A stretch of 64,000 bases of DNA from Lingula anatina (taxonomy: Eukaryota; Animalia; Brachiopoda). Where the stretch lies: positions 21,536,534 to 21,600,533 of the forward strand of contig CM120644.1 in NCBI GenBank assembly GCA_051362555.1, read 5' to 3'. Below the pieces are notes generated by a model that saw nothing but the letters and a program-made list of their open reading frames with translations, searched no databases and had not been told where the DNA came from. Made by a program: the position numbers and the translations under genes. The stretch's first letter is position 1. Each line of letters starts with the position of its first letter. Positions 50,401 through 64,000 of the stretch are shown here, piece by piece.

Positions 50401-53166
50401 ATCAGTTGACTGTGTCTAATGAGAAGTGTTTTTTGGAACAATATATTTGGGAGAACTGAAAATTACACTGAAAAGACTTGGAAATCGCGGGACTTAAAAT
50501 AGTTAAACGTTAATAATTTTGTCAAATCTTGTCCAATATTTCTGAAATTTGTGCAAATGATGCTTAACAACAATAAAAATCTGTGATAAGCTGATCAGTT
50601 GTCTGTATTGAATGAAAAGTGTTTTTTAGGACAATATATTTGCAAAACCAAAAATTACATTGAAAGGACTGGGATTTTGCAGGACTTAAAATAGTTAAAC
50701 TTTAATAATTTTGTCAAATCTTGTCCAATATTTCTGAAATTTGTGCAAATGATGCTTAACAACAATAAAAATCTGTGATAAGCTGATCAGTTGACTGTGT
50801 CTAATGAAAAGTGTTTTTTGGAACAACATATTTGGGAGAACTGAAAATTACACTGAAAAGACTGGGAAATCGCGGGCCTTAAAATAGTTAAACGTTAATA
50901 ATTTTGTCAAATCTTGTCCAATATTTCTGAAATTTGTGCAAATGATGCTTAACAACAATAAAAATTTGTGATAAGCTGATCATTTGTCTGTGTCTAATGA
51001 AAAGTGTTTTTTGGGATAACATATTTGGGAAAAGTGATAATTACATTGAAAAGACTGGCAAATCCCAGGATTTAAAATAGTTAAACGTTAATAATTTTGT
51101 CAAATCTTGTGGAATATTTCTGAAATTTGTACAAATGATGCTTAACAATAATAAAAATCTGTGATAAGCTGATCAGTTATCTGAGCCTTTTTTTTAAGTG
51201 TCAAGTGTATGGGAAATTGATCATCAGAAGAGTGAGAATTAACCAAAACAAATATTTCAATATTGCAATGTATCATTTACTCTGAAAGTAAACAGCACAT
51301 GTGATGATTTGAGGTTGTTTGTGTAAGAGGTTGCAAATTACCTATAACTGTCATCTGGAAAACAATATATACCAATACAAGAGTTCTCCTTACTACCTCT
51401 GCAAGATGCAGATTACTCCTTTCTGGAAGGGGTTGTTGTTATCACAATACTCAACAAGGCCCTAAATCTTGCCAAATATCATGTATTGTACACATGGAGA
51501 AGAAACAGTGCTGCTCTTGGTGGTATCTTTCACTGCCTGCTTTTTCAGCTTTTTCATGGTGAGGGTACTCTGAAACAAGAACAATATAACTGAAATGACT
51601 GAAAATTACATTTGAAAAGAATGACAAATTCGGTGACTTAATTAAAATAGTTAAACGTTAATAATTTTGTCAAATCTTGTCCAATATTTCTGAAATTTGT
51701 ACAAATGAATCTTAACAACAAAAAAAATCTGTGATAAGCTGATCACTTGTCTGTTTCTAATGAAAAGTACTTTTAAGGACAATATATTTGCGAAAACCAA
51801 AAATAACTTTGAAAAGACAGGGATTTTGCAGGACTTAAAATAGTTAAACGTTAATAATTTTGTCAAATCTTGTCCAATATTTCTGAAATTTGTACAAATG
51901 ATGCTTAACAACAATAAAAATCTGTGATAAGCTGATCAGTTGACTGTGTCTAATGAAAAGTGTTTTTTGGAACAATATATTAGGGAGAACTGAAAATTAC
52001 ACTGAAAAGACTGGGAAATCGCGGGACTTAAAATAGTTAAACTTTAATAATTTTGTCAAATCTTGTCCAATATTTCTGAAATTTGTGCAAATGATGCTTA
52101 ACAACAATAAAAATCTGTGATAAGCTGATCAGTTGTCTGTATTGAATGAAAAGTGTTTTTTAGGACAATATATTTGCAAAAACCAAAAATTACATTGAAA
52201 GGACTGGGATTTTGCAGGACTTAAAATAGTTAAACTTTAATAATTTTGTCAAATCTTGTCCAATATTTCTGAAATTTGTACAAATGATGCTTAACAACAA
52301 TAAAAATCTGTGATAAGCTGATCAGTTGACTGTGTCTAATGAAAAGTGTTTTTTGGAAAAACATATTTGGGAGAACTGAAAATTACACTGAAAAGACTGG
52401 GAAATCGCGGGCCTTAAAATAGTTAAACGTTAATAATTTTGTCAAATCTTGTCCAATATTTCTGAAATTTGTGCAAATGATGCTTAACAACAATAAAAAT
52501 TTGTGATAAGCTGATCATTTGTCTGTGTCTAATGAAAAGTGTTTTTTGGGATAACATATTTGGGAAAAGTGATAATTACATTGAAAAGACTGGCAAATCC
52601 CAGGATTTAAAATAGTTAAACGTTAATAATTTTGTCAAATCTTGTGGAATATTTCTGAAATTTGTACAAATGATGCTTAACAATAATAAAAATCTGTGAT
52701 AAGCTGATCAGTTATCTGAGTCTTTTTTTTAAGTGTCAAGTGTATGGGAAATTGATCATCAGAAGAGTGAGAATTAACCAAAACAAATATTTCAATATTG
52801 CAATGTATCATTTACTCTGAAAGTAAACAGCACATGTGATGATTTGAGGTTGTTTGTGTAAGAGGTTGCAAATTACCTATAACTGTCATCTGGAAAACAA
52901 TATATACCAATACAAGAGTTCTCCTTACTACCTCTGCAAGATGCAGATTACTCCTTTCTGGAAGGGGTTGTTGTTATCACAATACTCAACAAGGCCCTAA
53001 ATCTTGCCAAATATCATGTATTGTACACATGGAGAAGAAACAGTGCTGCTCTTGGTGGTATCTTTCACTGCCTGCTTTTTCAGCTTTTTCATGGTGAGGG
53101 TACTCTGAAACAAGAACAATATAACTGAAAGGACTGAAAATTACATTTGAAAAGAATGACAAATTC

Positions 53167-56100
53167 GGTGACTTAATTAAAATAGTTTAACGTTAATAAT
53201 TTTGTCAAATCTAGTCCAATATTTCTGAAATTTGTACAAATGATGCTTAACAACAATAAAAATCTGTGATAAGCTAATCACTTGTCTGTTTCTAATGAAA
53301 AGTACTTTTAAGGACAATATATTTGCGAAAACCAAAAATAACTTTGAAAAGACAGGGATTTTGCAGGACTTAAAATAGTTAAACTTTAATAATTTTGTCA
53401 AATCTTGTCCAATATTTCTGAAATTTGTACAAATGATGCTTAACAACAATAAAAATCTGTGATAAGCTGATCAGTTGACTGTGTCTAATGAAAAGTGTTT
53501 TTTGGAACAATATATTTGGGAGAACTGAAAATTACACTGAAAAGACTTGGAAATCGCGGGACTTAAAATAGTTAAACGTTAATAATTTTGTCAAATCTTG
53601 TCCAATATTTCTGAAATTTGTACAAATGATGCTTAACAACAATAAAAATCTGTGATAAGCTGATCAGTTGACTGTGTCTAATGAAAAGTGTTTTTTGGAA
53701 CAATATATTAGGGAGAACTGAAAATTACACTGAAAAGACTGGGAAATCGCGGGACTTAAAATAGTTAAACTTTAATAATTTTGTCAAATCTTGTCCAATA
53801 TTTCTGAAATTTGTGCAAATGATACTTAACAACAATAAAAATCTGTGATAAGCTAATCAGTTGACTGTGTCTAATGAAAAGTGTTTTTTGGAACAATATA
53901 TTTGGGAGAACTGAAAATTACACTGAAAAGACTTGGAAATCGCGGGACTTAAAATAGTTAAACGTTAATAATTTTGTCAAATCTTGTCCAATATTTCTGA
54001 AATTTGTGCAAATGATGCTTAACAACAATAAAAATCTGTGATAAGCTGATCAGTTGTCTGTATTGAATGAAAAGTGTTTTTTAGGACAATATATTTGCGA
54101 AAACCAAAAATAACTTTGAAAAGACAGGGATTTTGCAGGACTTAAAATAGTTAAACGTTAATAATTTTGTCAAATCTTGTCCAATATTTCTGAAATTTGT
54201 ACAAATGATGCTTAACAACAATAAAAATCTGTGATAAGCTGATCAGTTGACTGTGTCTAATGAGAAGTGTTTTTTGGAACAATATATTTGGGAGAACTGA
54301 AAATTACACTGAAAAGACTTGGAAATCGCGGGACTTAAAATAGTTAAACGTTAATAATTTTGTCAAATCTTGTCCAATATTTCTGAAATTTGTGCAAATG
54401 ATGCTTAACAACAATAAAAATCTGTGATAAGCTGATCAGTTGTCTGTATTGAATGAAAAGTGTTTTTTAGGACAATATATTTGCAAAAACCAAAAATTAC
54501 ATTGAAAGGACTGGGATTTTGCAGGACTTAAAATAGTTAAACTTTAATAATTTTGTCAAATCTTGTCCAATATTTCTGAAATTTGTACAAATGATGCTTA
54601 ACAACAATAAAAATCTGTGATAAGCTGATCAGTTGACTGTGTCTAATGAAAAGTGTTTTTTGGAACAACATATTTGGGAGAACTGAAAATTACACTGAAA
54701 AGACTGGGAAATCGCGGGCCTTAAAATAGTTAAACGTTAATAATTTTGTCAAATCTTGTCCAATATTTCTGAAATTTGTGCAAATGATGCTTAACAACAA
54801 TAAAAATTTGTGATAAGCTGATCATTTGTCTGTGTCTAATGAAAAGTGTTTTTTGGGATAACATATTTGGGAAAAGTGATAATTACATTGAAAAGACTGG
54901 CAAATCCCAGGATTTAAAATAGTTAAACGTTAATAATTTTGTCAAATCTTGTGGAATATTTCTGAAATTTGTACAAATGATGCTTAACAATAATAAAAAT
55001 CTGTGATAAGCTGATCAGTTATCTGAGTCTTTTTTTTAAGTGTCAAGTGTATGGGAAATTGATCATCAGAAGAGTGAGAATTAACCAAAACAAATATTTC
55101 AATATTGCAATGTATCATTTACTCTGAAAGTAAACAGCACATGTGATGATTTGAGGTTGTTTGTGTAAGAGGTTGCAAATTACCTATAACTGTCATCTGG
55201 AAAACAATATATACCAATACAAGAGTTCTCCTTACTACCTCTGCAAGATGCAGATTACTCCTTTCTGGAAGGGGTTGTTGTTATCACAATACTCAACAAG
55301 GCCCTAAATCTTGCCAAATATCATGTATTGTACACATGGAGAAGAAACAGTGCTGCTCTTGGTGGTATCTTTCACTGCCTGCTTTTTCAGCTTTTTCATG
55401 GTGAGGGTACTCTGAAACAAGAACAATATAACTGAAAGGACTGAAAATTACATTTGAAAAGAATGACAAATTCGGTGACTTAATTAAAATAGTTTAACGT
55501 TAATAATTTTGTCAAATCTAGTCCAATATTTCTGAAATTTGTACAAATGATGCTTAACAACAATAAAAATCTGTGATAAGCTAATCACTTGTCTGTTTCT
55601 AATGAAAAGTACTTTTAAGGACAATATATTTGCGAAAACCAAAAATAACTTTGAAAAGACAGGGATTTTGCAGGACTTAAAATAGTTAAACTTTAATAAT
55701 TTTGTCAAATCTTGTCCAATATTTCTGAAATTTGTACAAATGATGCTTAACAACAATAAAAATCTGTGATAAGCTGATCAGTTGACTGTGTCTAATGAAA
55801 AGTGTTTTTTGGAACAATATATTTGGGAGAACTGAAAATTACACTGAAAAGACTTGGAAATCGCGGGACTTAAAATAGTTAAACGTTAATAATTTTGTCA
55901 AATCTTGTCCAATATTTCTGAAATTTGTACAAATGATGCTTAACAACAATAAAAATCTGTGATAAGCTGATCAGTTGACTGTGTCTAATGAAAAGTGTTT
56001 TTTGGAACAATATATTAGGGAGAACTGAAAATTACACTGAAAAGACTGGGAAATCGCGGGACTTAAAATAGTTAAACTTTAATAATTTTGTCAAATCTTG

Positions 56101-57780
56101 TCCAATATTTCTGAAATTTGTGCAAATGATACTTAACAACAATAAAAATCTGTGATAAGCTAATCAGTTGACTGTGTCTAATGAAAAGTGTTTTTTGGAA
56201 CAATATATTTGGGAGAACTGAAAATTACACTGAAAAGACTTGGAAATCGCGGGACTTAAAATAGTTAAACGTTAATAATTTTGTCAAATCTTGTCCAATA
56301 TTTCTGAAATTTGTGCAAATGATGCTTAACAACAATAAAAATCTGTGATAAGCTGATCAGTTGTCTGTATTGAATGAAAAGTGTTTTTTAGGACAATATA
56401 TTTGCGAAAACCAAAAATAACTTTGAAAAGACAGGGATTTTGCAGGACTTAAAATAGTTAAACGTTAATAATTTTGTCAAATCTTGTCCAATATTTCTGA
56501 AATTTGTACAAATGATGCTTAACAACAATAAAAATCTGTGATAAGCTGATCAGTTGACTGTGTCTAATGAGAAGTGTTTTTTGGAACAATATATTTGGGA
56601 GAACTGAAAATTACACTGAAAAGACTTGGAAATCGCGGGACTTAAAATAGTTAAACGTTAATAATTTTGTCAAATCTTGTCCAATATTTCTGAAATTTGT
56701 GCAAATGATGCTTAACAACAATAAAAATCTGTGATAAGCTGATCAGTTGTCTGTATTGAATGAAAAGTGTTTTTTAGGACAATATATTTGCAAAAACCAA
56801 AAATTACATTGAAAGGACTGGGATTTTGCAGGACTTAAAATAGTTAAACTTTAATAATTTTGTCAAATCTTGTCCAATATTTCTGAAATTTGTACAAATG
56901 ATGCTTAACAACAATAAAAATCTGTGATAAGCTGATCAGTTGACTGTGTCTAATGAAAAGTGTTTTTTGGAACAACATATTTGGGAGAACTGAAAATTAC
57001 ACTGAAAAGACTGGGAAATCGCGGGCCTTAAAATAGTTAAACGTTAATAATTTTGTCAAATCTTGTCCAATATTTCTGAAATTTGTGCAAATGATGCTTA
57101 ACAACAATAAAAATTTGTGATAAGCTGATCATTTGTCTGTGTCTAATGAAAAGTGTTTTTTGGGATAACATATTTGGGAAAAGTGATAATTACATTGAAA
57201 AGACTGGCAAATCCCAGGATTTAAAATAGTTAAACGTTAATAATTTTGTCAAATCTTGTGGAATATTTCTGAAATTTGTACAAATGATGCTTAACAATAA
57301 TAAAAATCTGTGATAAGCTGATCAGTTATCTGAGTCTTTTTTTTAAGTGTCAAGTGTATGGGAAATTGATCATCAGAAGAGTGAGAATTAACCAAAACAA
57401 ATATTTCAATATTGCAATGTATCATTTACTCTGAAAGTAAACAGCACATGTGATGATTTGAGGTTGTTTGTGTAAGAGGTTGCAAATTACCTATAACTGT
57501 CATCTGGAAAACAATATATACCAATACAAGAGTTCTCCTTACTACCTCTGCAAGATGCAGATTACTCCTTTCTGGAAGGGGTTGTTGTTATCACAATACT
57601 CAACAAGGCCCTAAATCTTGCCAAATATCATGTATTGTACACATGGAGAAGAAACAGTGCTGCTCTTGGTGGTATCTTTCACTGCCTGCTTTTTCAGCTT
57701 TTTCATGGTGAGGGTACTCTGAAACAAGAACAATATAACTGAAATGACTGAAAATTACATTTGAAAAGAATGACAAATTC
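53167..57780. repeat. Tandem duplication of a 2307-bp unit
   Basis: Starts at 53167 and 55474. Both copies share ATGATACTTAAC and AGCTAATCAGTT, and have the same monomer order. Confidence 0.9.
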
Positions 57781-60700
57781 GGTGACTTAATTAAAATAGT
57801 TAAACGTTAATAATTTTGTCAAATCTTGTCCAATATTTCTGAAATTTGTGCAAATGATGCTTAACAACAATAAAAATCTGTGATAAGCTGATCAGTTGTC
57901 TGTATTGAATGAAAAGTGTTTTTTAGGACAATATATTTGCGAAAACCAAAAATAACTTTGAAAAGACAGGGATTTTGCAGGACTTAAAATAGTTAAACGT
58001 TAATAATTTTGTCAAATCTTGTCCAATATTTCTGAAATTTGTACAAATGATGCTTAACAACAATAAAAATCTGTGATAAGCTGATCAGTTGACTGTGTCT
58101 AATGAGAAGTGTTTTTTGGAACAATATATTTGGGAGAACTGAAAATTACACTGAAAAGACTTGGAAATCGCGGGACTTAAAATAGTTAAACGTTAATAAT
58201 TTTGTCAAATCTTGTCCAATATTTCTGAAATTTGTGCAAATGATGCTTAACAACAATAAAAATCTGTGATAAGCTGATCAGTTGTCTGTATTGAATGAAA
58301 AGTGTTTTTTAGGACAATATATTTGCAAAAACCAAAAATTACATTGAAAGGACTGGGATTTTGCAGGACTTAAAATAGTTAAACTTTAATAATTTTGTCA
58401 AATCTTGTCCAATATTTCTGAAATTTGTGCAAATGATGCTTAACAACAATAAAAATCTGTGATAAGCTGATCAGTTGACCGTGTCTAATGAAAAGTGTTT
58501 TTTGGAACAATATATTTGGGAGAACTGAAAATTACACTGAAAAGACTGGGAAATCGCGGGCCTTAAAATAGTTAAACTTTAATAATTTTGTCAAATCTTG
58601 TCCAATATTTCTGAAATTTGTGCAAATGATGCTTAACAACAATAAAAATTTGTGATAAGCTGATCATTTGTCTGTGTCTAATGAAAAGTGTTTTTTGGGA
58701 TAACATATTTGGGAAAAGTGATAATTACATTGAAAAGACTGGCAAATCCCAGGATTTAAAATAGTTAAACGTTAATAATTTTGTCAAATCTTGTGGAATA
58801 TTTCTGAAATTTGTACAAATGATGCTTAACAATAATAAAAATCTGTGATAAGCTGATTAGTTATCTGAGCCTTTTTTTTAAGTGTCAAGTGTATGGGAAA
58901 TTGATCATCAGAAGAGTGAGAATTAACCAAAACAAATATTTCAATATTGCAATGTATCATTTACTCTGAAAGTAAACAGCACATGTGATGATTTGAGGTT
59001 GTTTGTGTAAGAGGTTGCAAATTACCTATAACTGTCATCTGGAAAACAATATATACCAATACAAGAGTTCTCCTTACTACCTCTGCAAGATGCAGATTAC
59101 TCCTTTCTGGAAGGGGTTGTTGTTATCACAATACTCAACAAGGCCCTAAATCTTGCCAAATATCATGTATTGTACACATGGAGAAGAAACAGTGCTGCTC
59201 TTGGTGGTATCTTTCACTGCCTGCTTTTTCAGCTTTTTCATGGTGAGGGTACTCTGAAACAAGAACAATATAACTGAAATGACTGAAAATTACATTTGAA
59301 AAGAATGACAAATTCGGTGACTTAATTAAAATAGTTAAACGTTAATAATTTTGTCAAATCTTGTCCAATATTTCTGAAATTTGTACAAATGATGCTTAAC
59401 AACAATAAAAATCTGTGATAAGCTGATCACTTGTCTGTTTCTAATGAAAAGTTCTTTTAAGGACAATATATTTGCGAAAACCAAAAATAACTTTGAAAAG
59501 ACAGGGATTTTGCAGGACTTAAAATAGTTAAACGTTAATAATTTTGTCAAATCTTGTCCAATATTTCTGAAATTTGTACAAATGATGCTTAACAACAATA
59601 AAAATCTGTGATAAGCTGATCAGTTGACTGTGTCTAATGAAAAGTGTTTTTTGGAACAATATATTAGGGAGAACTGAAAATTACACTGAAAAGACTGGGA
59701 AATCGCGGGACTTAAAATAGTTAAACTTTAATAATTTTGTCAAATCTTGTCCAATATTTCTGAAATTTGTGCAAATGATGCTTAACAACAATAAAAATCT
59801 GTGATAAGCTGATCAGTTGACTGTGTCTAATGAAAAGTGTTTTTTGGAACAATATATTTGGGAGAACTGAAAATTACACTGAAAAGACTTGGAAATCGCG
59901 GGACTTAAAATAGTTAAACGTTAATAATTTTGTCAAATCTTGTCCAATATTTCTGAAATTTGTGCAAATGATGCTTAACAACAATAAAAATCTGTGATAA
60001 GCTGATCAGTTGTCTGTATTGAATGAAAAGTGTTTTTTAGGACAATATATTTGCAAAAACCAAAAATTACATTGAAAGGACTGGGATTTTGCAGGACTTA
60101 AAATAGTTAAACTTTAATAATTTTGTCAAATCTTGTCCAATATTTCTGAAATTTGTACAAATGATGCTTAACAACAATAAAAATCTGTGATAAGCTGATC
60201 AGTTGACTGTGTCTAATGAAAAGTGTTTTTTGGAACAACATATTTGGGAGAACTGAAAATTACACTGAAAAGACTGGGAAATCGCGGGCCTTAAAATAGT
60301 TAAACGTTAATAATTTTGTCAAATCTTGTCCAATATTTCTGAAATTTGTGCAAATGATGCTTAACAACAATAAAAATTTGTGATAAGCTGATCATTTGTC
60401 TGTGTCTAATGAAAAGTGTTTTTTGGGATAACATATTTGGGAAAAGTGATAATTACATTGAAAAGACTGGCAAATCCCAGGATTTAAAATAGTTAAACGT
60501 TAATAATTTTGTCAAATCTTGTGGAATATTTCTGAAATTTGTACAAATGATGCTTAACAATAATAAAAATCTGTGATAAGCTGATCAGTTATCTGAGTCT
60601 TTTTTTTAAGTGTCAAGTGTATGGGAAATTGATCATCAGAAGAGTGAGAATTAACCAAAACAAATATTTCAATATTGCAATGTATCATTTACTCTGAAAG

Positions 60701-63700
60701 TAAACAGCACATGTGATGATTTGAGGTTGTTTGTGTAAGAGGTTGCAAATTACCTATAACTGTCATCTGGAAAACAATATATACCAATACAAGAGTTCTC
60801 CTTACTACCTCTGCAAGATGCAGATTACTCCTTTCTGGAAGGGGTTGTTGTTATCACAATACTCAACAAGGCCTTAAATCTTGCCAAATATCATGTATTG
60901 TACACATGGAGAAGAAACAGTGCTGCTCTTGGTGGTATCTTTCACTGCCTGCTTTTTCAGCTTTTTCATGGTGAGGGTACTCTGAAACAAGAACAATATA
61001 ACTGAAAGGACTGAAAATTACATTTGAAAAGAATGACAAATTCGGTGACTTAATTAAAATAGTTTAACGTTAATAATTTTGTCAAATCTAGTCCAATATT
61101 TCTGAAATTTGTGCAAATGATGCTTAACATTAATAAAAATCTGTGATAAGCTGATCAGTTGTCTGTATTGAATGAAAAGTGTTTTTTAGGACAATATATT
61201 TGCGAAAACCAAAAATAACTTTGAAAAGACAGGGATTTTGCAGGACTTAAAATAGTTAAACGTTAATAATTTTGTCAAATCTTGTCCAATATTTCTGAAA
61301 TTTGTACAAATGATGCTTAACAACAATAAAAATCTGTGATAAGCTGATCAGTTGACTGTGTCTAATGAGAAGTGTTTTTTGGAACAATATATTTGGGAGA
61401 ACTGAAAATTACACTGAAAAGACTTGGAAATCGCGGGACTTAAAATAGTTAAACGTTAATAATTTTGTCAAATCTTGTCCAATATTTCTGAAATTTGTGC
61501 AAATGATGCTTAACAACAATAAAAATCTGTGATAAGCTGATCAGTTGTCTGTATTGAATGAAAAGTGTTTTTTAGGACAATATATTTGCAAAAACCAAAA
61601 ATTACATTGAAAGGACTGGGATTTTGCAGGACTTAAAATAGTTAAACTTTAATAATTTTGTCAAATCTTGTCCAATATTTCTGAAATTTGTGCAAATGAT
61701 GCTTAACAACAATAAAAATCTGTGATAAGCTGATCAGTTGACCGTGTCTAATGAAAAGTGTTTTTTGGAACAATATATTTGGGAGAACTGAAAATTACAC
61801 TGAAAAGACTGGGAAATCGCGGGCCTTAAAATAGTTAAACGTTAATAATTTTGTCAAATCTTGTCCAATATTTCTGAAATTTGTGCAAATGATGCTTAAC
61901 AACAATAAAAATTTGTGATAAGCTGATCATTTGTCTGTGTCTAATGAAAAGTGTTTTTAGGATAACATATTTGGGAAAAGTGATAATTACATTGAAAAGA
62001 CTGGCAAATCCCAGGATTTAAAATAGTTAAACGTTAATAATTTTGTCAAATCTTGTGGAATATTTCTGAAATTTGTACAAATGATGCTTAACAATAATAA
62101 AAATCTGTGATAAGCTGATTAGTTATCTGAGCCTTTTTTTTAAGTGTCAAGTGTATGGGAAATTGATCATCAGAAGAGTGAGAATTAACCAAAACAAATA
62201 TTTCAATATTGCAATGTATCATTTACTCTGAAAGTAAACAGCACATGTGATGATTTGAGGTTGTTTGTGTAAGAGGTTGCAAATTACCTATAACTGTCAT
62301 CTGGAAAACAATATATACCAATACAAGAGTTCTCCTTACTACCTCTGCAAGATGCAGATTACTCCTTTCTGGAAGGGGTTGTTGTTATCACAATACTCAA
62401 CAAGGCCCTAAATCTTGCCAAATATCATGTATTGTACACATGGAGAAGAAACAGTGCTGCTCTTGGTGGTATCTTTCACTGCCTGCTTTTTCAGCTTTTT
62501 CATGGTGAGGGTACTCTGAAACAAGAACAATATAACTGAAATGACTGAAAATTACATTTGAAAAGAATGACAAATTCGGTGACTTAATTAAAATAGTTAA
62601 ACGTTAATAATTTTGTCAAATCTTGTCCAATATTTCTGAAATTTGTACAAATGATGCTTAACAACAATAAAAATCTGTGATAAGCTGATCACTTGTCTGT
62701 TTCTAATGAAAAGTACTTTTAAGGACAATATATTTGCGAAAACCAAAAATAACTTTGAAAAGACAGGGATTTTGCAGGACTTAAAATAGTTAAACGTTAA
62801 TAATTTTGTCAAATCTTGTCCAATATTTCTGAAATTTGTACAAATGATGCTTAACAACAATAAAAATCTGTGATAAGCTGATCAGTTGACTGTGTCTAAT
62901 GAAAAGTGTTTTTTGGAACAATATATTAGGGAGAACTGAAAATTACACTGAAAAGACTGGGAAATCGCGGGACTTAAAATAGTTAAACTTTAATAATTTT
63001 GTCAAATCTTGTCCAATATTTCTGAAATTTGTGCAAATGATGCTTAACAACAATAAAAATCTGTGATAAGCTGATCAGTTGACTGTGTCTAATGAAAAGT
63101 GTTTTTTGGAACAATATATTTGGGAGAACTGAAAATTACACTGAAAAGACTTGGAAATCGCGGGACTTAAAATAGTTAAACGTTAATAATTTTGTCAAAT
63201 CTTGTCCAATATTTCTGAAATTTGTGCAAATGATGCTTAACAACAATAAAAATCTGTGATAAGCTGATCAGTTGTCTGTATTGAATGAAAAGTGTTTTTT
63301 AGGACAATATATTTGCAAAAACCAAAAATTACATTGAAAGGACTGGGATTTTGCAGGACTTAAAATAGTTAAACTTTAATAATTTTGTCAAATCTTGTCC
63401 AATATTTCTGAAATTTGTACAAATGATGCTTAACAACAATAAAAATCTGTGATAAGCTGATCAGTTGACTGTGTCTAATGAAAAGTGTTTTTTGGAACAA
63501 CATATTTGGGAGAACTGAAAATTACACTGAAAAGACTGGGAAATCGCGGGCCTTAAAATAGTTAAACGTTAATAATTTTGTCAAATCTTGTCCAATATTT
63601 CTGAAATTTGTGCAAATGATGCTTAACAACAATAAAAATTTGTGATAAGCTGATCATTTGTCTGTGTCTAATGAAAAGTGTTTTTTGGGATAACATATTT

Positions 63701-64000
63701 GGGAAAAGTGATAATTACATTGAAAAGACTGGCAAATCCCAGGATTTAAAATAGTTAAACGTTAATAATTTTGTCAAATCTTGTGGAATATTTCTGAAAT
63801 TTGTACAAATGATGCTTAACAATAATAAAAATCTGTGATAAGCTGATCAGTTATCTGAGTCTTTTTTTTAAGTGTCAAGTGTATGGGAAATTGATCATCA
63901 GAAGAGTGAGAATTAACCAAAACAAATATTTCAATATTGCAATGTATCATTTACTCTGAAAGTAAACAGCACATGTGATGATTTGAGGTTGTTTGTGTAA
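57781..64000. repeat. Alternating ~1535/1728-bp units (~3262-bp dimer period)
   Basis: Unit starts at 57781, 59316, 61044 and 62578. The ORF-track copies at 59335 and 62597 are 3262 bp apart. Confidence 0.85.

Larger units (their letters stand above)
6051..64000. repeat. Composite satellite DNA array: 193-bp monomers punctuated by a 570-bp insert-bearing monomer
   Basis: The monomer TTAAAATAGTTAAACGTTAATAATTTTGTCAAATCTTGTCCAATATTTCTGAAATTTGTACAAATGATGCTTAACAACAATAAAAATCTGTGATAAGCTGATCAG... recurs with a 193-bp period (e.g. 17281 and 17474). I counted 33 copies of the insert block starting AAGTGTCAAG(T/C)GTATGGG, from ~6818 to ~63870 (the last is cut by the window end). All copies are head-to-tail. 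Confidence 0.98.

Noticed and set aside
14372-62860. Repeated 60-90 aa minus-strand ORFs (MLLSIICTNF..., MVNSHS...) as a tandem gene family
   Set aside because: They are translations of satellite monomers starting at non-ATG codons. The 193-bp period is not a multiple of 3, and the frames open or close with single satellite variants.
6497-64000. CRISPR-like array (constant half plus variable half)
   Set aside because: The constant part is ~105 bp and the variable parts are homologous variants of one sequence rather than unique spacers. There are no cas genes and the context is eukaryotic.

Overview
AT-rich eukaryotic DNA, most likely from an invertebrate animal (inferred from the transposon types). 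No intact protein-coding gene is visible. The window covers the left edge and about 58 kb of a composite satellite array (about 6051 to the window end). The array is built from a 193-bp monomer in four discrete subtypes. It is punctuated 33 times by a 570-bp block, which is a diverged monomer carrying a ~377-bp insert. In the homogeneous interior, unit lengths follow n x 193 + 570 bp to within a few bp. Subtypes occupy fixed positions within a unit, and units are duplicated at 2.1, 2.3, 3.3, 3.6, 5.0 and 11.3 kb scales. The diverged array edge carries a 3.5-kb non-autonomous DNA transposon (TAG...CTA ends, TTA target duplication, Academ-like). The array abuts and truncates a minus-strand, intron-containing, decayed Gypsy-type integrase gene (Ginger-like; five exons reconstructed, 3421-6047). 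Further left are a Helentron-type non-autonomous element nested in an older degenerate repeat, and a 265-bp fold-back MITE. All calls were made by eye, without database searches. The repeated 60-90 aa ORFs in the array are artefacts of the satellite.
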